Shown in pieces: positions 10,190 through 19,848 of a DNA stretch of 64,000 bases (position 1 is the stretch's first letter; every line of letters starts with the position of its first letter). Source of the stretch: a bacterium (GTDB lineage Bacteria; Zhuqueibacterota; Zhuqueibacteria; Residuimicrobiales; Krinioviventaceae); NCBI GenBank assembly GCA_963675755.2, contig CAXXMD010000003.1:3392001-3456000 (forward strand), read 5' to 3'. Made by a program: the position numbers and the translations under genes. The notes beneath the pieces were generated by a model that made no database searches, had not been told where the DNA came from, and saw only the letters and a list, made by a program, of their open reading frames with translations.

Positions 10190-12695
10190 ATTTCACAAAC
10201 AGAGCTTTTTTGGTTATTATATGACTTTTTGTTTCCAATTTGTAAAAATAAATGCCGCTTGAAAGATCCTCCGCATTCAGAATATAGGTATAAGCTCCCG
10301 CATTTTTTTGTTCGTTCACCAGTTCACGAACTTTTTCCCCCAATACATTATACAAGGTCAATTTTACATTTGATTTGTAGGGTACAGCATAGTTTATTGT
10401 TGTTGTCGGGTTAAACGGATTGGGATAGTTTTGATCTAAACAAAACTGAGTGGGGATTGCTGTATCGTTCTCTCTTGAATCAATGCGAGTATAAACAGGA
10501 GGCTCTTCCGGTAGCCAGTCATAGCTGAATCTGGGATTTGAGCTTTTGGCGAATATATTTTCAAGGGTATATTCTATTGCTTCTTCATCGGATAGCTGTC
10601 TGGAGATGGGAGTCCTGTATGTTGTATCTGAACCTGCTCCATAGCAATTATATTCTGCATATAATGCTGGCTGTACATTCCATGCTGACCATCCAACCAG
10701 TGAAAGCGCTGCCGGTTCAAGTGTATTGATAAATACGGTGCGCGGTGCTCCCTGCCAGGGGCGACCCAGCACAAACGTGTAAATCTCTTTACCATCAAAC
10801 CCAATGTCATCATTGCTGATGATACAATCTTTGAATACATAACCAAATTTGGAATCTGCTTCAGTGGCTGCTGCTGTCAGTGCCCCGCCATTTCGGTTGA
10901 TGTGAATTTCGCAGCTATCAAACAACACAATATTGCGTCCGAAAATAAAATCAACCGATCCTTCAATGTAACAGTTTTTCATATAGGTCCTGCCGGTTCC
11001 GCGGCCACCCCATGTATAATAGGTATCCTGATAGCCAAGCAGTTTGCAGTTGTAATAACTTTGCCGGTCTCCGTTTACACGTAGAGCAACCGCCTGTTGA
11101 TCATTAAAACTGCCATCATTGACCACAGTATTTTGAAATGTGATATTGACTGCTGTAAAGTCATCCGCGTCAATAGCTGTGCTGTACGAATTGGAGGTGC
11201 CACCAGCTTTGCCAGCGTAATCATCATAGGCCAGTATGGTGCTGTCTACATTCTCGCCTCTTAGCGTTACATTGAGTTTGTCCCTGTCAAGTAACAGCTT
11301 TTCGTAATACACTCCGTTTTTGATATAAATATAATAATTGCCGGTATAATTGTCTGGTATGGAATCAAAAGCCTGCTGAACACTGGCATAATCTCCATTA
11401 CCCGATTGGTCTACAACTTTGTATACATCCGGTTGGGGAGCCAGGGTTGTGAACTCTCGAACCGATCCATAACCGGTCCCGGCGCTGTTTGTCGCATACG
11501 CACAGACGTAATAAGTAGTGGTTTCCTGCAAGGGGTAGATCAGGCTGTTAAAGGCTGACATGCCGTCACCCTCGATGTTATAACTGTCATCCAGAGTGGG
11601 GGAGCCGGTAGTATTCCACACCAATCCTTTGGCGGTAATTTCAGCACCGCCCCAGTCAATAACACTGCCGCCGCATTCCGCGGACTCAACCCGAACATTG
11701 GAAACACCGGCAGTAAATACCCAGGGAACAGTCAATGAATCCAGGGTTGTGAATGTAATTTCTTCTCCAAAAGCAGTACCGGCTGCGTTTATGGCGTATG
11801 CTCTTGCAAAATAATCCGTACCGGGAGTTAATTCTGTTAAAAGACTTGTAAATGAGCCTGAGCCGGTCCCATCTGATGTGTGATTGTCATCCAAAGTAGG
11901 AGAGCCGGTGGTATTCCATACAACACCACGCTGGGTGATTTGCGCGCCACCATCAGATTCTATATCTCCTCCGCAGGTGCAATATGTAGTGGAAATAAAT
12001 GTAGCATCTTCCGTAGAAAGACTGGCCAAATCGTATTCAATATCTCCTTCAACGGTACCACTGATCTTTACATCTTTTAGCAATAGGTATTTGCCGGTAA
12101 GGCCACTGGTTTGATTGTGGATCCAGGGATAAATTCGTAGATAAAACGCTTCATTGCCAGGGATTTGTACATTTAAATTCAATGATACTGTATGCAGCGA
12201 ATCGGCGCGTAATACATATCCGCTGCTTTCAAGCACAATAGATGCAGGGATTTCATCAAAAGTTGTAAAATTGGGATCCTGTGAGTGAAAAATACGGGCT
12301 TTGAGGTAATTGGTATAGTCTGCTCCAATTTTTAAAGAAATGTTTTGTATTGTTAAATCTGTACCGCTTTTGGCAGCTATAGAAAATTGAGTATAAACCG
12401 ATTCAATGATATTGGTTTGATTCTCCGGCCATTGTGTGGCTCCACCCGAGGGACGGTTGTCGCTGCGTTGGCTGTTTTCGGCACCGGTGTAACCATTAAC
12501 TCGCATACCGACGAATTGCTGGTCCATTGCATCTATGGGGCCTGAGGTCAAAACGGTTTGTCCGCTACCCTCAGTAGCAGGATCACTTAATTCCCATAAT
12601 GCATATGCAGAGGTGGTTTCATTTACCAATAGTCCAAAACTGTTACTGGTAATAAAAAGAATACAAAACAACAAAAGAAATGTTTTCCGATTCAT
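10188..12695 (-). CDS. Secreted pectin methylesterase (CE8) with two FN3-like domains and T9SS-like CTD
   Basis: PME motifs GVYYEK, QAVAL, QDTY, DFIFG, LGRPW; two GG....GG..IT..G.VWNTTGSPT...YA.N.AGT..G repeats; QNYPNPFNP CTD. Confidence 0.9.
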   Translation of the reverse strand: MNRKTFLLLFCILFITSNSFGLLVNETTSAYALWELSDPATEGSGQTVLTSGPIDAMDQQFVGMRVNGYTGAENSQRSDNRPSGGATQWPENQTNIIESVYTQFSIAAKSGTDLTIQNISLKIGADYTNYLKARIFHSQDPNFTTFDEIPASIVLESSGYVLRADSLHTVSLNLNVQIPGNEAFYLRIYPWIHNQTSGLTGKYLLLKDVKISGTVEGDIEYDLASLSTEDATFISTTYCTCGGDIESDGGAQITQRGVVWNTTGSPTLDDNHTSDGTGSGSFTSLLTELTPGTDYFARAYAINAAGTAFGEEITFTTLDSLTVPWVFTAGVSNVRVESAECGGSVIDWGGAEITAKGLVWNTTGSPTLDDSYNIEGDGMSAFNSLIYPLQETTTYYVCAYATNSAGTGYGSVREFTTLAPQPDVYKVVDQSGNGDYASVQQAFDSIPDNYTGNYYIYIKNGVYYEKLLLDRDKLNVTLRGENVDSTILAYDDYAGKAGGTSNSYSTAIDADDFTAVNITFQNTVVNDGSFNDQQAVALRVNGDRQSYYNCKLLGYQDTYYTWGGRGTGRTYMKNCYIEGSVDFIFGRNIVLFDSCEIHINRNGGALTAAATEADSKFGYVFKDCIISNDDIGFDGKEIYTFVLGRPWQGAPRTVFINTLEPAALSLVGWSAWNVQPALYAEYNCYGAGSDTTYRTPISRQLSDEEAIEYTLENIFAKSSNPRFSYDWLPEEPPVYTRIDSRENDTAIPTQFCLDQNYPNPFNPTTTINYAVPYKSNVKLTLYNVLGEKVRELVNEQKNAGAYTYILNAEDLSSGIYFYKLETKSHIITKKALFVK

Positions 12696-12880
12696 GAGAT
12701 TACCCTCAAGTTGAAATACGTCCCCAATACTGATTTGTGATATATTGATTATAATGAATTTTCATTCAATGAGCAAGGGTATATCCTGTTTTTTTATGCG
12801 AGTGAATGAAAAAACTGTTGTCAAGGGCTACAATTTATAAAAACCATAGGTTGATTCCATTTTTGATTAATTCCTCTCTG

Positions 12881-12923
12881 AAATGCGACATATGTACTGG
12901 TTTTTGCGACATGTGTACTTGGT
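12881..12923 (+). promoter_or_regulatory. Putative AraC-type operator, copy 1 (TGCGACA direct repeats 21 bp apart) upstream of 13130
   Basis: aaaTGCGACAtatgtactggttttTGCGACAtgtgtacttggt; related copies at 24881-24923 and 34584-34626. Confidence 0.7.
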
Positions 12924-13129
12924 TTCAGTAGTTTTTTATTATTAAATTTTCGTGTAAATGTTGGGATTGTTATTGATTTCTTAAAATTGATAGCAAAAAT
13001 GTGGATTTGGAATGTATTTGGTTTATGCATTTCCTCACTGTTAATAGATATATTTTAAAAATCAAAAAATAAATATTATAATTCCGTTTCACGCTTAAAC
13101 TTTGAATAGATAAAATATGGAAATCAAAA

Positions 13130-13996
13130 GTGGTTACCAGATACAAATTCATCTTTTTAATTTTTTTTTGCATGATGTTGGTTGCTGTTGTGATCGGTAG
13201 TTGTAACAAAATAACTCCACCCCAATGGTGGACAGCTTCAGGTAAACAAGTGATATGCACAAAATGGTTTACTGATGTTGCAGACACCTCACAAATACTG
13301 GAAACCGTTAACGGGATTTGGGTATTACCAAAACAACCTTTAGAGGATGACGACATAAAAACCGAATCCTCAACAACATCATTTTTCGCATCCAATGGGA
13401 AAATATCCATTTTGGGGCATGTGGACCAAATTGCATGTCATCAATCAGGCAATGTTCAGCAAGAGTATTATCGCTTTGAAAATGGCGATGTATTGCTGAC
13501 CGGTGTGAAAACCGCGGATTCCTCCCGGTTATTTATAATCTATGATCCGCCAATCATGTTGGTACCGGATAATTTGTTCGATATGGATACCAAAATTGTG
13601 TGTCAAGCCCGGTCACGCTATCATAATGAACTGACAGGATTACAAAGTCAGGGGCCTCTTGTACATATAGAGATAGAACGTCTGCAAAAAGGCAAGGTAT
13701 TGTATCAAAATAAATCATTAGATGCAGTTGTATGTAAAGTGACCCTGTCTCAGGATCAGGAAATAAACTATCAGGATACAAAATTTACATTACCAAAAAC
13801 CAGAGTGATTTCAAATCATTTATTAATAGCTCGAGGAGTTGGGACGCTTTTAGAATGGGGTATACGGTATACGCATGATAACGAAAATACAAAAAGAAAG
13901 AAAAGAGATAACAGCAAGCTTGATAAAAAACTATTAATTGTTTTGCATAAACATACCAGTCATAAAAAAGAGGGAGAAAATAATGAAATTCAATAA
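13130..13996 (+). CDS. Hypothetical protein, probable lipoprotein
   Basis: 288-aa ORF; hydrophobic N-terminus ending in lipobox-like VIGSC; start uncertain (GTG 13130 or a later ATG). Confidence 0.6.
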   Translation: MVTRYKFIFLIFFCMMLVAVVIGSCNKITPPQWWTASGKQVICTKWFTDVADTSQILETVNGIWVLPKQPLEDDDIKTESSTTSFFASNGKISILGHVDQIACHQSGNVQQEYYRFENGDVLLTGVKTADSSRLFIIYDPPIMLVPDNLFDMDTKIVCQARSRYHNELTGLQSQGPLVHIEIERLQKGKVLYQNKSLDAVVCKVTLSQDQEINYQDTKFTLPKTRVISNHLLIARGVGTLLEWGIRYTHDNENTKRKKRDNSKLDKKLLIVLHKHTSHKKEGENNEIQ

Positions 13997-14243
13997 TCTT
14001 ATCCTTGTAATTTTGACTGTATTGGGGCATTCACTTAAAGACGGACCGGTTGAAATATCTGTTTATAATTTGTTGGGCAGTAAAGTAAAGACCTTGATTG
14101 ATATGAAAATGGCTGCTGGCAGCTATCAAACAATCTGGCAGGGTAAGGATGATTCCGGTCAGCAGGCAGCTTCGGGAATGTATCTGGTGGTTATGAAAAC
14201 CGGACAGAAAAGACAAACTCAAAAGGTGTTGTTGATAAAGTAA
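13983..14243 (+). pseudogene. Cargo-less relic: signal-peptide start fused directly to the distal part of a T9SS-like CTD
   Basis: RBS GGGAG then ATG 13983; MKFNNLILVILTVLGHS followed by LKDGPVEISVYNLLG...SGMYLVVM...QKVLLIK; no YPNPFNP and no passenger domain. Confidence 0.65.
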
Positions 14244-14262
14244 GATAAATTAGATAAAATAT

Positions 14263-14303
14263 AAAGTACTCTTGGATTAATATATCCGGGAGTACTTTTT
14301 TTT
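14263..14303 (+). terminator. Intrinsic terminator
   Basis: aaagtactcttgga-ttaatata-tccgggagtacttt followed by a T tract. Confidence 0.75.
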
Positions 14304-14392
14304 ATAAAAAGTTAATTACCTTTTGCATTTCAAAAAAAATATTAATAGGTTCAAAATATAAAAAATAAAATTCTTAAAAATCTAATTATGCA

Positions 14393-17287
14393 ATGAGAAA
14401 TGTGCACAAATATGGGTTTTTTATATTATTATTAATTTTATTGTTTGCAATCTCTTGCAGCAATCAAGGGGGATTTGCGAGTCAATCTGTTGAGGATTTG
14501 GTCAATCTGGACAAAGGCTGGCAATATCGAGTTGGTGATTCTCCAATAAATGAAAAAGGATCTCTCGTTTGGCTGGATGAAGACTGGGATGCTCCCGGTT
14601 GGAATAGGGTAAATGATATAAATGATTTTTTTATCAAAAACACAAGCAAAAGCCTGTGGCTGAGGATCCAATTGCCGGAATGGGAAAAAAATAATTCTGG
14701 TATTTATATTAATGGGATTTCTCAAGAGGTACAGGTTTATCTCGATCGGGAATTAATATATCAGTATGGTAATTTTATTTCCCTTGGTGATGATCATTTT
14801 TACGGTTGGAGACAACACCCCATCCAGCTTACACCCAATATTTCAAATAAAGTTTTAACCTTGCGTATTTGGTCCAATGGGCAATATACTGGAATTGTTG
14901 AACCTGTAATTTTGGCATCCATGTTTGATATCATGGAATCACTGTTTTTTCAGAATATTGATGAACTTTTGTTTGCCGGATTATTTATTATTCTTGGTGT
15001 GGCAATTTTAATTATTTTTATTTTTTTTCAACATACCCGTCTGTTTCTGGGTATTGCCATTTTCCTTTTATCTATGGGGTGCTTTACCGGTAGTAATTCT
15101 CTATATTTGCAATATATGGTTAACGCGCCACATCAATTTTTCATGCTTGATCTTTTTTCTCTTCTAGCTGCACCCATTGGAATTTTGTTGATCATTGAAC
15201 CCCTTGTATTACATAAATATGGAAAAATTATCAAACAGTTTAGACGATTTGCAATGCTGTATTGGATTTCTATATTTTTTGTGGTACAGCTTTTTCCTAA
15301 AATTAATCTTGATATTATTTACAACTTTTTTTTCTCTATGGTTGCATTTTTTGTTTTTACCAGTACTTTTTTTATATACAAAAGTTTGAGAAAAGGGGGT
15401 ATGCAAGTTAAAATACTATTTGTTGGTGTGCTTTTAACCCTGCTGGCTTTTTCAATTGAAACCATATTATATTATACCTCACAAAGAGTACTTTTAACTT
15501 CATATAATATGAGTTTTATTCCTGTGGGAGTATTGTGTTTTGTAGGCTGCCTGACATGGATTGTTGTACAGCAATATGTAGTAACCTATAAACAAAAAGA
15601 AGCAGCTTTCAAGAGTGTAATGGAATCTACACTTCAAAGAGAACGTATGAAAGATGAGATTAAACTGAAAAATCTTGAAACGGAAAAATGGCAGGAACTA
15701 AATAAAATGAAATCACAATTTTTTGCCAATATTTCTCATGAATTCCGTACTCCACTTACATTGGTGCTTGGAACAGCGAAGCAGCTTTTAAAAGAAGCAA
15801 ATGATCCCAAGGTTCAAGAAAAATATCATATTCAGATACGTAACGGCAATCGTTTATTACGTCTGGTCAACCAATTGTTAGATCTTTCAAAAATCGAATC
15901 TGGTAAGACCAGGGTTAATGCACAAAAACGTGATATTATTCCAATGATTAAAGGTGTCTGTCAGTGTTTTGAACATCAACTCAAACTTGAAGACATTAAA
16001 CTTACATGTAACAGCGGTGCAGAATCTATTTTATTATATTATGATCCTGCCATGATGGAAAAAATATTGGTAAATGTTATTTCTAATGCAATAAAATTTA
16101 CCAAACCGGGTGGACTCGTAACAATAGATATCATTGAAAAAGAAGTGCTGGAGATTCAGGTCAAAGATACTGGTTCCGGGATTTCTCAGGAATACTTGCC
16201 CCATATTTTTGACAGGTTCTATCAGGCAGGAAATAATTATGAACGTGATCCGTATGGCAGTGGAATTGGACTTGCGCTGACTCGTGAGCTCGTTTTGCTG
16301 CATCATGGGGAGATCAAGGCTGATAGTATAGTTGGGGTAGGGACAACCATTATCATTCAATTACTTTGGGGAAGGGACCATTTTAAAGATGAGGAAATTG
16401 TAAAATCTGACAAAGAAAAATTCATTCAAGATACTTTGATAAAGACTGAAATAGAGTATCTTTTACCAGATAAAATAATAAATATAGGTTCACAAAATAA
16501 TGTACCAGATGCTGGAAATGAGGTTGAAAACAATTTACCCATACTGCTTGTTGTTGAAGATAATATAGATATGTGCAATTATATTCACAACATATTACAG
16601 AATGAATTTAAAATTATCAAGGCATTGGATGGGAAAGCTGGATTTGATCTGGCAGCTGAATATGTACCGGATCTGATTATTAGTGATGTAATGATGCCCG
16701 AAATGGATGGTTTTGTTTTATGTGATCATTTAAAAACGGATGTACGTACCAGTCATATTCCTGTTATTTTGTTAACTGCACGATCTACCCGAGAAAGCAA
16801 GCTTGAGGGGTTACAGGTGGGCGCAGACGATTACCTTGTAAAACCTTTTGATGAGTCTGAACTTTTAACACGCAGCCTAAATCTTGTTGAGCAGAGACGA
16901 AAATTGCGCGAACGTTTTTCAAAAGATTTAAATACTCCATTCAATGTGTTGTCGACCAATCCATCAGATGAAAAGTTTTTGCAACGAGCGGAAGAAATTA
17001 TTCAAGCCAATTTAGATAATACCAATTTAACAGTAGAGTGGTATTGTCATGAGGTCGGTTTGTCCCGTTCACAATTACATCGCAAACTGCAAGCGCTTAC
17101 CGGCAAGTCAACAAGTAACTTTATACGATCCATTCGATTAAAACATGCTGTTGAGATGCTGGTTCGAAAATCAGATACCATTTCAGAAATTGCATATGCC
17201 ACAGGATTCAGTAGTGTAGATTACTTTCGGTATTGTTTTAAAGAACAATTTGGACTTACTCCTACCGATTACCTCTCTCAAAATTAA
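14393..17287 (+). CDS. Hybrid two-component sensor kinase/response regulator (extracellular sensor, ~7 TM, HisKA, HATPase, REC, AraC HTH)
   Basis: FANISHEFRTPL, NAIKFT, DTGSGI, GSGIGL, DLIISDVMMPEMDG, DDYLVKPF, C-terminal AraC LSRSQLHRK...ISEIAYATGF. Confidence 0.93.
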   Translation: MRNVHKYGFFILLLILLFAISCSNQGGFASQSVEDLVNLDKGWQYRVGDSPINEKGSLVWLDEDWDAPGWNRVNDINDFFIKNTSKSLWLRIQLPEWEKNNSGIYINGISQEVQVYLDRELIYQYGNFISLGDDHFYGWRQHPIQLTPNISNKVLTLRIWSNGQYTGIVEPVILASMFDIMESLFFQNIDELLFAGLFIILGVAILIIFIFFQHTRLFLGIAIFLLSMGCFTGSNSLYLQYMVNAPHQFFMLDLFSLLAAPIGILLIIEPLVLHKYGKIIKQFRRFAMLYWISIFFVVQLFPKINLDIIYNFFFSMVAFFVFTSTFFIYKSLRKGGMQVKILFVGVLLTLLAFSIETILYYTSQRVLLTSYNMSFIPVGVLCFVGCLTWIVVQQYVVTYKQKEAAFKSVMESTLQRERMKDEIKLKNLETEKWQELNKMKSQFFANISHEFRTPLTLVLGTAKQLLKEANDPKVQEKYHIQIRNGNRLLRLVNQLLDLSKIESGKTRVNAQKRDIIPMIKGVCQCFEHQLKLEDIKLTCNSGAESILLYYDPAMMEKILVNVISNAIKFTKPGGLVTIDIIEKEVLEIQVKDTGSGISQEYLPHIFDRFYQAGNNYERDPYGSGIGLALTRELVLLHHGEIKADSIVGVGTTIIIQLLWGRDHFKDEEIVKSDKEKFIQDTLIKTEIEYLLPDKIINIGSQNNVPDAGNEVENNLPILLVVEDNIDMCNYIHNILQNEFKIIKALDGKAGFDLAAEYVPDLIISDVMMPEMDGFVLCDHLKTDVRTSHIPVILLTARSTRESKLEGLQVGADDYLVKPFDESELLTRSLNLVEQRRKLRERFSKDLNTPFNVLSTNPSDEKFLQRAEEIIQANLDNTNLTVEWYCHEVGLSRSQLHRKLQALTGKSTSNFIRSIRLKHAVEMLVRKSDTISEIAYATGFSSVDYFRYCFKEQFGLTPTDYLSQN

Positions 17288-17434
17288 TTTCATATTTTTA
17301 CAAAATGTAATATATGTGTTTTACTGTACGAGTCCGCTAAGAGTTCGGATACACATGAACATGGTTGCAAATTTGAAAGAATAAATAGAGTTTTTATGAA
17401 ATGATGATTTGTTTTAAAAAGAGATGGTGAAATT

Positions 17435-17469
17435 AAAAAAGGCAGCCGGTCTTAAGGGCTGCCTTTTTT
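17435..17469. terminator. Bidirectional intrinsic terminator
   Basis: aaaaaaggcagcc-ggtcttaag-ggctgcctttttt between convergent genes. Confidence 0.85.
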
Positions 17470-17474
17470 ATAAA

Positions 17475-18749
17475 TTATTTCAAAAATAGAATTTTTTGGG
17501 TATTGTGGTAACCATTTGCCTGCATTCTTATTAAATAAGTACCGCTGGGTGCGGTAATACCGGCATCAGTTAATCCATCCCATTGTATGTTGTATTGGTT
17601 AGCAACTTGTTGTTGGTTTACCAGTGTTTTAATTTGTCGTCCCATTATATCAAATACAGCAATGTTAACAAAACTGTCTTGAGCAAGGTTATAGTTCAAT
17701 GTAGTTGACGGATTGAACGGATTTGGGTATGCTGCAAAAAGCTGAGTGGTTGTTGGCACAGCAGATATATCAACAGATGTTGTACCCAGGATATTTACAT
17801 CGCCATTTATGCTTACATCAGAAAGACGATATGTGTAGTTGTTTTCAATGTCTGCATTGGCATCTGTAAAACAGTATTGTGTTGATGATGATTTGGTTCC
17901 TTGTCCCTTTAAAGAATTATCTGAAATGTATGATGCAATCTGAACCCAATCAGATGATTTTGTTTTGCGATCAATAATGAATCCCATATTGTCAGATTCG
18001 CTAGCGGTAGTCCATTCCAGTTGAACAGAGTTGTTTGCAGATTTTGCAGAGAAGGACATTAATTCCACAGGAAGAGAAAGATCGTTAGCCACTGTCCAGG
18101 TTGCTCCGGTAATTGTTCCGGTATGTCCATTGCCGGTATTATCCGTCAGTGTGGTACCGCTACCATTACTCATTTTATAATAAGCAACAAGGCCTGATTC
18201 GGAACCGGTAAGCTCTATGTTTTTGTTGTTATTAATCTCTGTTACTGAACGAGCATCGTTCCAGATTCTGACTTCATCAATTAGACCGTCAAAAAATCTG
18301 TTGCTAAAATCAACACCAATGCATACCGGATCCGAGTTTGATGATGCATGCAAATATGAAGATGAAGATGTTTTGAGACTGCCATCTATATAAATATAAC
18401 ATACGCCACCATTTATAACACCGGCAACATGGTGCCACGTATTAGCGCTTAGTAAGTTAGTTGGTGTTTGTAATTCGTCAAAACTAATGTTCTGATTGTC
18501 TCCTAAACGTAGTACAAAACCATCTGCTGCACCGGTTTGATATTTAGAGACAATGCCATTTCCTGTTGTAAAACTGTGACAATAGATCCAGGCTTCAATG
18601 GTATAGTCGCCGGTTAAATCGAGGTTGTCATGGTCAGGTATTGCAACAAAATTACTGGAGCCGTTAAATTCGAGGGCATAATTTTGAGCATTTGATGTGC
18701 TCCATAAAAGTAGAACCAGAATAGATAAAACAGTACCAATTTTCCTCAT
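17475..18749 (-). CDS. Secreted LamG/concanavalin-A-like jelly-roll protein with LPVEL module and T9SS-like CTD
   Basis: ALEFNG, YTIEAWI, WHHVAGV, YIDG, FDGLIDEVRIWNDAR, LVAYY; LPVELMSF...YPNPFNP. Confidence 0.88.
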   Translation of the reverse strand: MRKIGTVLSILVLLLWSTSNAQNYALEFNGSSNFVAIPDHDNLDLTGDYTIEAWIYCHSFTTGNGIVSKYQTGAADGFVLRLGDNQNISFDELQTPTNLLSANTWHHVAGVINGGVCYIYIDGSLKTSSSSYLHASSNSDPVCIGVDFSNRFFDGLIDEVRIWNDARSVTEINNNKNIELTGSESGLVAYYKMSNGSGTTLTDNTGNGHTGTITGATWTVANDLSLPVELMSFSAKSANNSVQLEWTTASESDNMGFIIDRKTKSSDWVQIASYISDNSLKGQGTKSSSTQYCFTDANADIENNYTYRLSDVSINGDVNILGTTSVDISAVPTTTQLFAAYPNPFNPSTTLNYNLAQDSFVNIAVFDIMGRQIKTLVNQQQVANQYNIQWDGLTDAGITAPSGTYLIRMQANGYHNTQKILFLK

Positions 18750-19057
18750 TCGTTACTCCTTCCTTAGTCTTTGTCAGATTGCGCTTATTCTTTTGAACTC
18801 AAGTTTTATCAAGTATATTATTCTGTAAATGTGTTGAATTTTTAATCCATGCCCGACCAAAAAACTGACATAACAATACAAACTTTACATGACAATTGAA
18901 AAATCAATTATCTGTGGGCAGCTCATTTTTGATTAAAATGTTTTAAAATGTGTAAATTGTTTTAATATTTTTATAAATGTTATTTTTTAATTAAATGTTT
19001 CAATTTTTATGCCAATCAATAAATAATGTTATTTTTGAGTATTTCTGTTTTAATATA

Positions 19058-19535
19058 TTATTTCAGGAATATGATTTTTGTGTTTGCATTACCGATTCTG
19101 CTTGCAAACGTAATATATAGTTTCCACTTTGTGCGGATATTCCATTATCATTTGTGTCATCCCATTGGATAGAATATTCGCCCGCAGTCTGCAATAGAAT
19201 CATGAGGATAACACCATACGGGCAGCAAGAGCGGAGCCAAGCTGTATATCTGATCCGAATACGGCATCTGCAGATGCCCACAGTTTTAGATTTAATAGAC
19301 CGATTCTGGAACCGTTGAGCTGGATTGATAAACCAGTTGCTGATGCCCCGGTAACATCAGCAGACAGCTGCAAACGGCCCAGAACCTGATCTGAACTCCC
19401 CGGCGTAACTGTTGGTGTATAGCTACTGCCGTCAGTAAAAGTAATAAAATCATTGGATGTGGTAAAATTTCCCTCATCTAAAAGTCTGGATCCTGTCTTG
19501 TTGAATTGCTCATGAAATTTGAATTTGATTCTCAT
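19058..19535 (-). pseudogene. Degraded secreted CTD-protein gene (internal deletion and frameshifts)
   Basis: Passenger-like fragment 19200-19535 without signal peptide; CTD tail AGEYSIQWD...SGNYILRLQ in another frame; adding one A to caaaaatc restores QKIIFLK*, stop at 19058-19060. Confidence 0.7.
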
Positions 19536-19848
19536 TTTCTATTCAGGTTTATCTATTCATGACTTGTACCCAAAATTCCCCAGCAAGTATCTAAAGAACG
19601 ATACTTGCTGGGAATTGTATAGCACGGTAGGGCTCAAGTTGGTTTGTCCGTATGAGAGACAGCACAAATAATGTAATGTTAGGCATTTTAGTTTATACTG
19701 TTTTATAGTGTTACCTATTGATATAATAAATTATATTAATTTGTTTAAAGTTAAAAAATTTCTATATTTACAACATAATAGTATTTGTTAAAATTGGTAA
19801 AACTTTACATTTATGATAAAGATTAAACGGTATTGATAAAAACATGGA

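Noticed and set aside
12970-13410. 146-aa minus-strand ORF
   Set aside because: Overlaps the + strand lipoprotein gene and runs into AT-rich intergenic DNA with low-complexity translation
18862-18897. Imperfect direct repeat aaact..acat.acaat upstream of 17475..18749
   Set aside because: Single occurrence in very AT-rich DNA; insufficient to call an operator
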